64,000 bases of DNA, taken from Eledone cirrhosa. Its lineage: Eukaryota. Below are positions 44,701-60,000 of this stretch, piece by piece (the stretch's first letter is position 1; each line of letters begins with the position of its first letter). The position numbers and the translations under genes were made by a program. The notes below the pieces were generated by a model. That model was not told where the DNA came from. It saw only the letters and a list, made by a program, of their open reading frames with translations, and did no database searches. The stretch spans positions 15,004,001-15,068,000 of the forward strand of contig OZ024744.1 in the NCBI GenBank assembly GCA_964016885.1. Reading direction: 5' to 3'.

Positions 44701-47700
44701 CAGCAATATGTAATGTAGATTACTCCAGCAATATGTAATGTATATTACTTCAGCAATATGTAATGTATATTACTTTAGCTATATGTAATGTATATTACTC
44801 CAGCAATATGTAATGTAGATTACTCCAGCAATATGTAATGTAGATTACTCCAGCAATATGTAATGTATATTACTTCAGCAATATGTAATGTAGATTACTC
44901 CAGCAATATGTAGTGTAGATTACTCCAGCAATATGTAATGTATATTACTTCAGCAATATGTAATGTATATTACTTTAGCTATATGTAATGTATATTACTC
45001 CAGCAATATGTAATGTAGATTACTCCAGCAATATGTAATGTAGATCACTCCAGCAATATGTAATGTAGATTACTCCAGCAATATGTAATGTAGATTACTC
45101 CAGCAATATGTAATGTATATTACTCCAGCAATATGTAATGTAGATTACTCCAGCAACATTTAGTGCATATTACTCCAGCAATATGTAATGTATATTACTC
45201 CAGCAATATGTAATGTAGATAACTCCAGCAATATGTAATGTAGATTACTCCAGCAATATGTAATGTATATTACTCCAGCAATATGTATTGTAGATTACTT
45301 CAGCAATATGTAATGGATATTACTTCAGCAATATGTAATGTATATTACTCCAGCAATATGTAATGTATATTACTCCAGCAATATGTAATGTATATTACTC
45401 CAGCATTATGTAATGTAGATTACTTCAGCAATATGTAATGTAGATTACTCCAGCAATATGTAATGTAGATTACTCCAGCAATATGTAATGTATATTACTC
45501 CAGCAATATGTAATGTAGATTACTCCAGCAACATTTAGTGCATATTACTCCAGCAATATGTAATGTATATTACTCCAGCAATATGTAATGTATATTACTT
45601 CAGCAATATGTAATGTAGATTACTCCAGCAATATGTAATGTAGATTACTTCAGCAATATGTAATCTAGATTACTCCAGCAATTTGTAATGTATATTACTC
45701 CAGCAATATGTAATGTAGATTACTCCAGCAATATGTAGTGCATATTACTCCAGCAATATGTAATGTATATTACTCCAGCAATATGTAATTTAGATTACTC
45801 CAGCAATATGTAATGTATATTACTCCAGCAATATGTAATGTAGATTACTTCAGCAATATATAATGTATATTACTCCAGCAATATGTAATGTAGATTACTC
45901 CAGCAATATGTAATGTAGATTACTCCAGCAATATGTAATGTATATTACTCCAGCAATATGTAATGTAGATCACTTCAGCAATATGTAATGTAGATTACTC
46001 CAGCAATATGTAATGTATATTACTCCAGCAATATGTAATGTAGATTACTCCAGCAATATGTAGTGCATATTACTCCAGCAATATGTAATGTATATTACTC
46101 CAGCAATATGTAATGTAGATTACTTCAGCAATATGTAATGTATATTACTTCAGCAATATGTAATGTAGATTACTTCAGCAATATGTAATGTATATTACTC
46201 CAGCAATATGTAATGTATATTACTCCAGCAATATGTAATGTATATTACTCCAGCAATATGTAATGTAGATTACTCCAGCAATATGTAGTGCATATTACTC
46301 CAGTAATATGTAATGTAGATTACTCCAGCAATATGTAATGTAGATTACTTCAGCAATATGTAATATAGATTACTCCAGCAATATGTAATGTAGATCACTC
46401 CAGTAATATGTAATGTAGATTACTCCAGCAATATGTAATGTAGATTACTCCAGCAATATGTAATGTAGATTACTCCAGCAATATGTAATGTATATTACTC
46501 CAGCAATATGTAATGTGTATTACTCCAGCAATATGTAATGTATATTACTCCAGCAATATGTAATGTAGATTACTTCAGCAATATGTAATGTAGATTACTC
46601 AAGCAATATGTAATGTAGATTACTTCAGCAATATGTAATGTATATTACTTCAGCAATATGTAATGTAGATTACTCTAGCAACATGTAATGTAGATTACTT
46701 CAGCAATATGTAATGTATATTACTTCAGCAATATGTAATGTAGATTACTCCAGCAATATGTTATGCATATTACTCCAGCAATATGTAATGTAGATTACTC
46801 CAGCAATATGTAGTGCATATTACTCCAGCAATATGTAATGTATATTACTCCAGCAATATGTAATTTAGATTACTCCAGCAATATGTAATGTATATTACTC
46901 CAGCAACATGTAATGTAGATTACTTCAGCAATATGTAATGTATATTACTCCAGCAATATGTAATGTAGATTACTCCAGCAATATGTAATGTAGATTACTC
47001 CAGCAATATGTAATGTATATTACTCCAGCAATATATAATGTAGATTACTCCAGCAATATGTAATGTAGATTACTCCAGCAATATGTAATGTAGATTACTC
47101 CAGCAATATGTAATGTAGATTACTTCAGCAATATGTAATGTAGATTACTCCAGCAATATGTAATGTAGATTACTCCAGCAATATGTAATGTAGATTACTC
47201 CAGCAATATGTAATGTAGATTACTCCAGCAATATGTAATGTAGATTAGTCCAGCAATATGTAATGTATATTACTCCAGCAATATGTAATGTATATTATTT
47301 CAGCAATATGTAATGCAGATTACTTTAGCAATATGTAATGTAGATTACACCAGCAATATGTAATGCATATTATTCTAGCAACATGTAATGTAGATTACTC
47401 CAGCAATATGTAATGTAGATTACTTCAGCAATATGTAATGTAGATTACTCCAGCAATATGTAATGTATATTACTCCAGCAATATGTAATGTAGATTACTC
47501 CAGCAATATGTAATTTAGATTACTCCAGCAATATGTAATGTATATTACTCCAGCAATATGTAATGTAGATTACTCCAGCAATATGTAATTTAGATTACTC
47601 CAGCAATATGTAATGTATATTACTCCAGCAATATGTAATATAGATTACTCCAGCAATATGTAATGTAGATTACTTCAGCAATATGTAATGTAGATTACTT

Positions 47701-48999
47701 CAGCAATATGTAATGTAGATCACTCCAGCAATATGTAATGTATATTACTCCAGCAATATGTAATATATATTACTCCAGCAATATGTAATGTAGATTACTC
47801 GAGCAATATGTAATGTATATTACTCCAGCAATATGTAATGTAGATTACTCCAGCAATATGTAATGTAGATTAATTCAGCAATATGTAATGTAGATTACTC
47901 CAGCAATATGTAATGTAGATTACTCCAGCAATATGTAATGTATATTACTTCAGCAATATGTAATGTATATTACTTTAGCTATATGTAATGTATATTACTC
48001 CAGCAATATGTAATGTAGATTACTCCAGCAATATGTAATGTAGATTACTCCAGCAATATGTAATGTATATAACTTCAGCAATATGTAATGTAGATTACTC
48101 CAGCAATATGTATTGTATATTACTCCAGCAATATGTAATGTAGATTACTCCAGCAACATTTAGTGCATATTACTCCAGCAATATGTAATGTATATTACTC
48201 CAGCAATATGTAATGTAGATAACTCCAGCAATATGTAATGTAGATTACTCCAGCAATATGTAATGTATATTACTCCAGCAATATGTAATGTATATTACTC
48301 CAGCAATATGTATTGTAGATTACTTCAGCAATATGTAATGTATATTACTTCAGCAATATGTAATGTATATTACTCCAGCAATATGTAATGTATATTACTC
48401 CAGCAATATGTAATGTATATTACTCCAGCATTATATAATGTAGATTACTTCAGCAATATGTAATGTATATTACTCCAGCAACATGTAATGTAGATTACTC
48501 CAGCAATATGTAATGTAGATTACTCCACCAATATGTAATGTATATTACTTCAGCAATATGTAATGTAGATTACTCCAGCAATATGTAATGTAGATCACTT
48601 CAGCAATATGTAATGTAGATTACTCCAGCAATATGTAATGTATATTACTCCAGCAATATGTAATGTAGATTACTCCAGCAATATGTAGTGCATATTACTC
48701 CAGCAATATGTAATGTATATTACTCCAGCAATATGTAATTTAGATTACTCCAGCAATATGTAATGTATATTACTCCAGCAATATGTAATGTAGATTACTT
48801 CAGCAATATATAATGTATATTACTCCAGCAATATGTAATGTAGATTACTCCAGCAATATGTAATGTAGATTACTCCAGCAATATGTAATGTATATTACTC
48901 CAGCAATATGTAATGTAGATTACTTCAGCAATATGTAGTGCATATTACTCCAGCAATATGTAATGTAGATTACTCCAGCAATATGTAATGTAGATTACT

Positions 49000-51900
49000 T
49001 CAGCAATATGTAATATAGATTACTCCAGCAATATGTAATGTAGATCACTCCAGTAATATGTAATGTAGATTACTCCAGCAATATGTAATGTAGATTACTC
49101 CAGCAATATGTAATGTAGATTACTCCAGCAATATGTAATGTATATTACTCCAGCAATATGTAATGTGTATTACTCCAGCAATATGTAATGTATATTACTC
49201 CAGCAATATGTAATGTAGATTACTTCAGCAATATGTAATGTAGATTACTCAAGCAATATGTAATGTAGATTACTTCAGCAATATGTAATGTATATTACTT
49301 CAGCAATATGTAATGTAGATTACTCTAGCAACATGTAATGTAGATTACTTCAGCAATATGTAATGTATATTACTTCAGCAATATGTAATGTAGATTACTC
49401 CAGCAATATGTTATGCATATTACTCCAGCAATATGTAATGTAGATTACTCCAGCAATATGTAGTGCATATTACTCCAGCAATATGTAATGTATATTACTC
49501 CAGCAATATGTAATTTAGATTACTCCAGCAATATGTAATGTATATTACTCCAGCAACATGTAATGTAGATTACTTCAGAAATATGTAATGTATATTACTC
49601 CAGCAATATGTAATGTAGATTACTCCAGCAATATGTAATGTAGATTACTCCAGCAATATCTAATGTATATTACTCCAGCAATATATAATGTAGATTACTC
49701 CAGCAATATGTAATGTAGATTACTCCAGCAATATATAATGTAGATTACTCCAGCAATATGTAATGTAGATTACTCCAGCAATATGTAATTTAGATTACTC
49801 CAGTAATATGTAATGTATATTACTCCAGCAATATGTAATATAGATTACTCCAGCAATATGTAATGTATATTACTTCAGCAATATGTAATGTAGATTACTT
49901 CAGCAATATGTAATGTAGATTATTCCAGCAATATGTAATGTAGATTACTCCAGCAATATGTAATGTAGATTACTCCAGCAATATGTAATTTAGATCACTC
50001 CAGCAATATGTAATGTATATTACTCCAGCAATATGTAATGTAGATTAGTCCAGCAATATGTAATGTATATTACTCCAGCAATATGTAATGTATATTATTT
50101 CAGACAATATGTAATGCAGATTACTCCAGCAATATGTAATGTAGATTACTTCAGCAATATGTAATGTAGATTACTCCAGCAATATGTAATGTATATTACT
50201 CCAGCAATATGTAATGTATATTACTCCAGCAATATGTAATTTAGATTACTCCAGCAATATGTAATGAATATTACTCCAGCAATATGTAATGTAGATTACT
50301 TCAGCAATATGTAATGTATATTACTCCAGCAATATGTAATGTAGATTACTCCAGCAATATGTAATGTAGATTACTCCCGCAATATGTAATGTAGATTACT
50401 CCAGCAATATGTAATGTATATTGCTTCAGCAATATGTAATGTAGATTACTCCAGCAATATGTAATGTATATTACTCCAGCAATATGTAATGTAGATTACT
50501 CCAGCAATATGTAGTGCATATTACTCCAGCAATATGTAATGTAGATTACTCCAGCAATATGTAATGTAGATTACTTCAGCAATATGTAATATAGATTACT
50601 CCAGCAATATGTAATGTAGATTACTCCAGCAATATGTAATGTAGATTACTCCAGCAATATGTAATGTATATTACTCCAGCAATATGTAATGTGTATTACT
50701 CCAGCAATATGTAATGTATATTACTCCAGCAATATGTAATGTAGATTACTTCAGCAATATGTAATGTAGATTACTCAAGCAATATGTAATGTAGATTACT
50801 CCAGCAATATGTAACGTAGATTACTCCAGCAATATGTAATGTAGATTACTCCAGCAATATGTAATGTATATTACTTCAGCAATATGTAATGTAGATTACT
50901 CCAGCAATATGTAATGTAGATTACTCCAGCAATATGTAATGTAGATTACTTCAGCAATATGTAATATAGATTACTCCAGCAATATGTAGAGCATATTACT
51001 CCAGCAATATGTAATGTAGATTACTCCAGCAATATGTAATGTAGATTACTTCAGCAATATGTAATATAGATTACTCCAGCAATATGTAATGTAGATCACT
51101 CCAGCAATATGTAATGTACATTATTCCAGCAATATGTAATGTAGATTACTCCAGCAATATGTAATGTAGATTACTCCAGCAATATGTAATGTAGATTACT
51201 TCAGCAATATGTAATATAGATTACTCCAGCAATATGTAATGTAGATCACTCCAGTAATATGTAATGTAGATTACTCCAGCAATATGTAATGTAGATTACT
51301 CCAGCAATATGTAATGTAGATTACTCCAGCAATATGTAATGTATATTACTCCAGCAATATGTAATGTGTATTACTCCAGCAATATGTAATGTATATTACT
51401 CCAGCAATATGTAATGTAGATTACTTCAGCAATATGTAATGTAGATTACTCAAGCAATATGTAATGTAGATTACTTCAGCAATATGTAATGTATATTACT
51501 TCAGCAATATGTAATGTAGATTACTCTAGCAACATGTAATGTAGATTACTTCAGCAATATGTTATGTATATTACTTCAACAATATGTAATGTAGATTACT
51601 CCAGCAATATGTTATGCATACTACTCCAGCAATATGTAATGTAGATTACTCCAGCAATATGTAGTGCATTATACTCCAGCAATATGTAATGTATATTACT
51701 CCAGCAATATGTAATTTAGATTACTCCAGCAATATGTAATGTATATTACTCCAGCAACATGTAATGTAGATTACTTCAGCAATATGTAATGTATATTACT
51801 CCAGCAATATGTAATGTAGATTACTCCAGCAATATGTAATGTAGATTACTCCAGCAATATGTAATGTATATTACTCCAGCAATATATAATGTAGATTACT

Positions 51901-54900
51901 CCAGCAATATGTAATGTAGATTACTCCAGCAATATGTAATGTAGATTACTCTAGCAATATGTAATGTAGATTACTTCAGCAATATGTAATGTAGATTACT
52001 CCAGCAATATGTAATGTAGATTACTCTAGCAATATGTAATGTAGATTACTTCAGCAATATGTAATGTAGATTACTCCAGCAATATGTAATGTAGATTACT
52101 CCAGCAATATGTAATGTAGATTACTTCAGCAATATGTAGTGCATATTACTCCAGCAATATGTAATGTAGATTACTCCAGCAATATGTAATGTAGATTACT
52201 TCAGCAATATGTAATATAGATTACTCCAGCAATATGTAATGTAGATCACTCCAGTAATATGTAATGTAGATTACTCCAGCAATATGTAATGTAGATTACT
52301 CCAGCAATATGTAATGTAGATTACTCCAGCAATATGTAATGTATATTACTCCAGCAATATGTAATGTGTATTACTCCAGCAATATGTAATGTATATTACT
52401 CCAGCAATATGTAATGTAGATTACTTCAGCAATATGTAATGTAGATTACTCAAGCAATATGTAATGTAGATTACTTCAGCAATATGTAATGTATATTACT
52501 TCAGCAATATGTAATGTAGATTACTCTAGCAACATGTAATGTAGATTACTTCAGCAATATGTAATGTATATTACTTCAGCAATATGTAATGTAGATTACT
52601 CCAGCAATATGTTATGCATATTACTCCAGCAATATGTAATGTAGATTACTCCAGCAATATGTAGTGCATATTACTCCAGCAATATGTAATGTATATTACT
52701 CCAGCAATATGTAATTTAGATTACTCCAGCAATATGTAATGTATATTACTCCAGCAACATGTAATGTAGATTACTTCAGCAATATGTAATGTAGATTACT
52801 CCAGCAATATGTAATGTATATTACTCCAGCAACATGTAATGTAGATTACTCCAGCAATATGTAATGTAGATTACTCCAGCAATATCTAATGTATATTACT
52901 CCAGCAATATATAATGTAGATTACTCCAGCAATATGTAATGTAGATTACTCCAGCAATATGTAATGTAGATTACTCCAGCAATATGTAATGTAGATTACT
53001 CCAGCAATATGTAATTTAGATTACTCCAGTAATATGTAATGTATATTACTCCAGCAATATGTAATATAGATTACTCCAGCAATATGTAATGTAGATTACT
53101 TCAGCAATATGTAATGTAGATTACTTCAGCAATATGTAATGTAGATTATTCCAGCAATATGTAATGTAGATTACTCCAGCAATATGTAATGTAGATTACT
53201 CCAGCAATATGTAATTTAGATCACTCCAGCAATATGTAATGTATATTACTCCAGCAATATGTAATGTAGATTAGTCCAGCAATATGTAATGTATATTACT
53301 CCAGCAATATGTAATGTATATTATTTCAGACAATATGTAATGCAGATTACTCCAGCAATATGTAATGTAGATTACTTCAGCAATATGTAATGTAGATTAC
53401 TCCAGCAATATGTAATGTATATTACTCCAGCAATATGTAATGTATATTACTCCAGCAATATGTAATTTAGATTACTCCAGCAATATGTAATGAATATTAC
53501 TCCAGCAATATGTAATGTAGATTACTTCAGCAATATGTAATGTATATTACTCCAGCAATATGTAATGTAGATTACTCCAGCAATATGTAATGTAGATTAC
53601 TCCAGCAATATGTAATGTAGATTACTCCAGCAATATGTAATGTATATTACTTCAGCAATATGTAATGTAGATTACTCCAGCAATATGTAATGTATATTAC
53701 TCCAGCAATATGTAATGTAGATTACTCCAGCAATATGTAGTGCATATTACTCCAGCAATATGTAATGTAGATTACTCCAGCAATATGTAATGTAGATTAC
53801 TTCAGCAATATGTAATATAGATTACTCCAGCAATATGTAATGTAGATTACTCCAGCAATATGTAATGTAGATTACTCCAGCAATATGTAATGTATATTAC
53901 TCCAGCAATATGTAATGTGTATTACTCCAGCAATATGTAATGTATATTACTCCAGCAATATGTAATGTAGATTACTTCAGCAATATGTAATGTAGATTAC
54001 TCAAGCAATATGTAATGTAGATTACTCCAGCAATATGTAACGTAGATTACTCCAGCAATATGTAATGTAGATTACTCCAGCAATATGTAATGTATATTAC
54101 TTCAGCAATATGTAATGTAGATTACTCCAGCAATATGTAATGTAGATTACTCCAGCAATATGTAATGTAGATTACTTCAGCAATATGTAATATAGATTAC
54201 TCCAGCAATATGTAGAGCATATTACTCCAGCAATATGTAATGTAGATTACTCCAGCAATATGTAATGTAGATTACTTCAGCAATATGTAATATAGATTAC
54301 TCCAGCAATATGTAATGTAGATCACTCCAGCAATATGTAATGTACATTATTCCAGCAATATGTAATGTAGATTACTCCAGCAATATGTAATGTAGATTAC
54401 TCCAGCAATATGTAATGTAGATTACTTCAGCAATATGTAATATAGATTACTCCAGCAATATGTAATGTAGATCACTCCAGTAATATGTAATGTAGATTAC
54501 TCCAGCAATATGTAATGTAGATTACTCCAGCAATATGTAATGTAGATTACTCCAGCAATATGTAATGTATATTACTCCAGCAATATGTAATGTGTATTAC
54601 TCCAGCAATATGTAATGTATATTACTCCAGCAATATGTAATGTAGATTACTTCAGCAATATGTAATGTAGATTACTCAAGCAATATGTAATGTAGATTAC
54701 TTCAGCAATATGTAATGTATATTACTTCAGCAATATGTAATGTAGATTACTCTAGCAACATGTAATGTAGATTACTTCAGCAATATGTGATGTATATTAC
54801 TTCAACAATATGTAATGTAGATTACTCCAGCAATATGTTATGCATATTACTCCAGCAATATGTAATGTAGATTACTCCAGCAATATGTAGTGCATTATAC

Positions 54901-57000
54901 TCCAGCAATATGTAATGTATATTACTCCAGCAATATGTAATTTAGATTACTCCAGCAATATGTAATGTATATTACTCCAGCAACATGTAATGTAGATTAC
55001 TTCAGCAATATGTAATGTATATTACTCCAGCAATATGTAATGTAGATTACTCCAGCAATATGTAATGTAGATTACTCCAGCAATATGTAATGTATATTAC
55101 TCCAGCAATATATAATGTAGATTACTCCAGCAATATGTAATGTAGATTACTCCAGCAATATGTAATGTAGATTACTCTAGCAATATGTAATGTAGATTAC
55201 TTCAGCAATATGTAATGTAGATTACTCCAGCAATATGTAATGTAGATTACTCCAGCAATATGTAATGTAGATTACTTCAGCAATATGTAGTGCATATTAC
55301 TCCAGCAATATGTAATGTAGATTACTCCAGCAATATGTAATGTAGATTACTTCAGCAATATGTAATATAGATTACTCCAGCAATATGTAATGTAGATCAC
55401 TCCAGTAATATGTAATGTAGATTACTCCAGCAATATGTAATGTAGATTACTCCAGCAATATGTAATGTAGATTACTCCAGCAATATGTAATGTATATTAC
55501 TCCAGCAATATGTAATGTGTATTACTCCAGCAATATGTAATGTATATTACTCCAGCAATATGTAATGTAGATTACTTCAGCAATATGTAATGTAGATTAC
55601 TCAAGCAATATGTAATGTAGATTACTTCAGCAATATGTAATGTATATTACTTCAGCAATATGTAATGTAGATTACTCTAGCAACATGTAATGTAGATTAC
55701 TTCAGCAATATGTAATGTATATTACTTCAGCAATATGTAATGTAGATTACTCCAGCAATATGTTATGCATATTACTCCAGCAATATGTAATGTAGATTAC
55801 TCCAGCAATATGTAGTGCATATTACTCCAGCAATATGTAATGTATATTACTCCAGCAATATGTAATTTAGATTACTCCAGCAATATGTAATGTATATTAC
55901 TCCAGCAACATGTAATGTAGATTACTTCAGCAATATGTAATGTAGATTACTCCAGCAATATGTAATGTATATTACTCCAGCAACATGTAATGTAGATTAC
56001 TCCAGCAATATGTAATGTAGATTACTCCAGCAATATCTAATGTATATTACTCCAGCAATATATAATGTAGATTACTCCAGCAATATGTAATGTAGATTAC
56101 TCCAGCAATATGTAATGTAGATTACTCCAGCAATATGTAATGTAGATTACTCCAGCAATATGTAATTTAGATTACTCCAGTAATATGTAATGTATATTAC
56201 TCCAGCAATATGTAATATAGATTACTCCAGCAATATGTAATGTAGATTACTTCAGCAATATGTAATGTAGATTACTTCAGCAATATGTAATGTAGATTAT
56301 TCCAGCAATATGTAATGTAGATTACTCCAGCAATATGTAATGTAGATTACTCCAGCAATATGTAATTTAGATCACTCCAGCAATATGTAATGTATATTAC
56401 TCCAGCAATATGTAATGTAGATTAGTCCAGCAATATGTAATGTATATTACTCCAGCAATATGTAATGTATATTATTTCAGACAATATGTAATGCAGATTA
56501 CTCCAGCAATATGTAATGTAGATTACTTCAGCAATATGTAATGTAGATTACTCCAGCAATATGTAATGTATATTACTCCAGCAATATGTAATGTATATTA
56601 CTCCAGCAATATGTAATTTAGATTACTCCAGCAATATGTAATGAATATTACTCCAGCAATATGTAATGTAGATTACTTCAGCAATATGTAATGTATATTA
56701 CTCCAGCAATATGTAATGTAGATTACTCCAGCAATATGTAATGTAGATTACTCCAGCAATATGTAATGTAGATTACTCCAGCAATATGTAATGTATATTA
56801 CTTCAGCAATATGTAATGTAGATTACTCCAGCAATATGTAATGTATATTACTCCAGCAATATGTAATGTAGATTACTCCAGCAATATGTAGTGCATATTA
56901 CTCCAGCAATATGTAATGTAGATTACTCCAGCAATATGTAATGTAGATTACTTCAGCAATATGTAATATAGATTACTCCAGCAATATGTAATGTAGATTA
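49000..57000. repeat. About 2.5 tandem copies of a 3.15-3.23 kb block (129 then 126 monomers), marked by a 26-bp CAGACAAT monomer
   Basis: CAGAC insertion at 50101, 53327 and 56478; GTAACG at about 50811/54037; GTAGAGCAT at about 50986/54212; GTACATTATT at about 51116/54342; GCATTATAC at about 51666/54892; ATGAATAT near 50264, 53490 and 56641. Confidence 0.9.
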
Positions 57001-60000
57001 CTTCAGCAATATGTAATATAGATTACTCAAGCCATATGTAATGTAGATCACTCCAGCAATATGTAATGTAGATTACTCCAGCAATATGTAATGTAGATTA
57101 CTCCAGCAATATGTAATGTAGATTACTCCAGCAATATGTAATGTATATTACTCCAGCAATATGTAATGTGTATTACTCCAGCAATATGTAATGTATATTA
57201 CTCCAGCAATATGTAATGTAGATTACTTCAGCAATATGTAATGTAGATTACTCAAGCAATATGTAATGTAGATTACTCCAGCAATATGTAATGTAGATTA
57301 CTCCAGCAATATGTAATGTAGATTACTCCAGCAATATGTAATGTAGATTACTCCAGCAATATGTAATGTATATTACTTCAGCAATATGTAATGTAGATTA
57401 CTCCAGCAATATGTAATGTAGATTACTCCAGCAATATGTAATGTAGATTACTTCAGCAATATGTAATATAGATTACTCCAGCAATATGTAGAGCATATTA
57501 ATCCAGCAATATGTAATGTAGATTACTCCAGCAATATGTAATGTAGATTATTCCAGCAATATGTAATGTAGATTACTCCAGCAATATGTAATGTAGATTA
57601 GTCCAGCAATATGTAATGTATATTACTCCAGCAATATGTAATGTATATTATTTCAGACAATATGTAATGTAGATTACTTCAGCAATATGTAATGTAGATT
57701 ACTCAAGCAATATGTAATGTAGATTACTTCAGCAATATGTAATGTATATTACTTCAGCAATATGTAATGTAGATTACTCTAGCAACATGTAATGTAGATT
57801 ACTTCAGCAATATGTAATGTATATTACTTCAACAATATGTAATGTAGATTACTCCAGCAATATGTTATGCATATTACTCCAGCAATATGTAATGTAGATT
57901 ACTCCAGCAATATGTAGTGCATATTACTCCAGCAATATGTAATGTATATTACTCCAGCAATATGTAATTTAGATTACTCCAGCAATATGTAATGTATATT
58001 ACTCCAGCAACATGTAATGTAGATTACTTCAGCAATATGTAATGTATATTACTCCAGCAATATGTAATGTAGATTACTCCAGCAATATGTAATGTAGATT
58101 ACTCCAGCAATATGTAATGTATATTACTCCAGCAATATATAATGTAGATTACTCCAGCAATATGTAATGTAGATTACTCCAGCAATATGTAATGTAGATT
58201 ACTCTAGCAATATGTAATGTAGATTACTTCAGCAATATGTAATGTAGATTACTCCAGCAATATGTAATGTAGATTACTCCAGCAATATGTAATGTAGATT
58301 ACTCCAGCAATATGTAATGTAGATTAGTCCAGCAATATGTAATGTATATTACTCCAGCAATATGTAATGTATATTATTTCAGCAATATGTAATGCAGATT
58401 ACTTCAGCAATATGTAATGTAGATTACACCAGCAATATGTAATGCATATTATTCTAGCAACATGTAATGTAGATTACTCCAGCAATATGTAATGTAGATT
58501 ACTTCAGCAATATGTAATGTAGATTACTCCAGCAATATGTAATGTATATTACTCCAGCAATATGTAATGTAGATTACTCCAGCAATATGTAATTTAGATT
58601 ACTCCAGCAATATGTAGTGCATATTACTCCAGCAATATGTAATGTAGATTACTCCAGCAATATGTAATGTAGATTACTTCAGCAATATGTAATATAGATT
58701 ACTCCAGCAATATGTAATGTAGATTACTTCAGCAATATGTAATATAGATTACTCCAGCAATATGTAATGTAGATCACTCCAGCAATATGTAATGTAGATT
58801 ACTCCAGCAATATGTAATGTAGATTACTCCAGCAATATGTAATGTAGATTACTCCAGCAATATGTAATGTATATTACTCCAGCAATATGTAATGTGTATT
58901 ACTCCAGCAATATGTAATGTATATTACTCCAGCAATATGTAATGTAGATTACTTCAGCAATATGTAATGTAGATTACTCAAGCAATATGTAATGTAGATT
59001 ACTCCAGCAATATGTAATGTAGATTACTCCAGCAATATGTAATGTAGATTACTCCAGCAATATGTAATGTAGATTACTCCAGCAATATGTAATGTATATT
59101 ACTTCAGCAATATGTAATGTAGATTACTCCAGCAATATGTAATGTAGATTACCCCAGCAATATGTAATGTAGATTACTTCAGCAATATGTAATATAGATT
59201 ACTCCAGCAATATGTAGTGCATATTACTCCAGCAATATGTAATGTAGATTACTCCAGCAATATGTAATGTAGATTACTTCAGCAATATGTAATATAGATT
59301 ACTCCAGCAATATGTAATGTAGATCACTCCAGTAATATGTAATGTAGATTACTCCAGCAATATGTAATGTAGATTACTCCAGCAATATGTAATGTAGATT
59401 ACTCCAGCAATATGTAATGTATATTACTCCAGCAATATGTAATGTGTATTACTCCAGCAATATGTAATGTATATTACTCCAGCAATATGTAATGTAGATT
59501 ACTTCAGCAATATGTAATGTAGATTACTCAAGCAATATGTAATGTAGATTACTTCAGCAATATGTAATGTATATTACTTCAGCAATATGTAATGTAGATT
59601 ACTCTAGCAACATGTAATGTAGATTACTTCAGCAATATGTAATGTATATTACTTCAGCAATATGTAATGTAGATTACTCCAGCAATATGTTATGCATATT
59701 ACTCCAGCAATATGTAATGTATATTACTCCAGCAATATGTAATTTAGATTACTCCAGCAATATGTAATGTAGATTACTCCAGCAATATGTAATGTAGATT
59801 ACTCCAGCAATATGTAATGTATATTACTTCAGCAATATGTAATGTATATTACTCCAGCAATATGTAATGTAGATTACTCCAGCAATATGTAATGTAGATT
59901 ACTCCAGCAATATGTAATGTATATTACTCCAGCAATATATAATGTAGATTACTCCAGCAATATGTAATGTAGATTACTCCAGCAATATGTAATGTAGATT

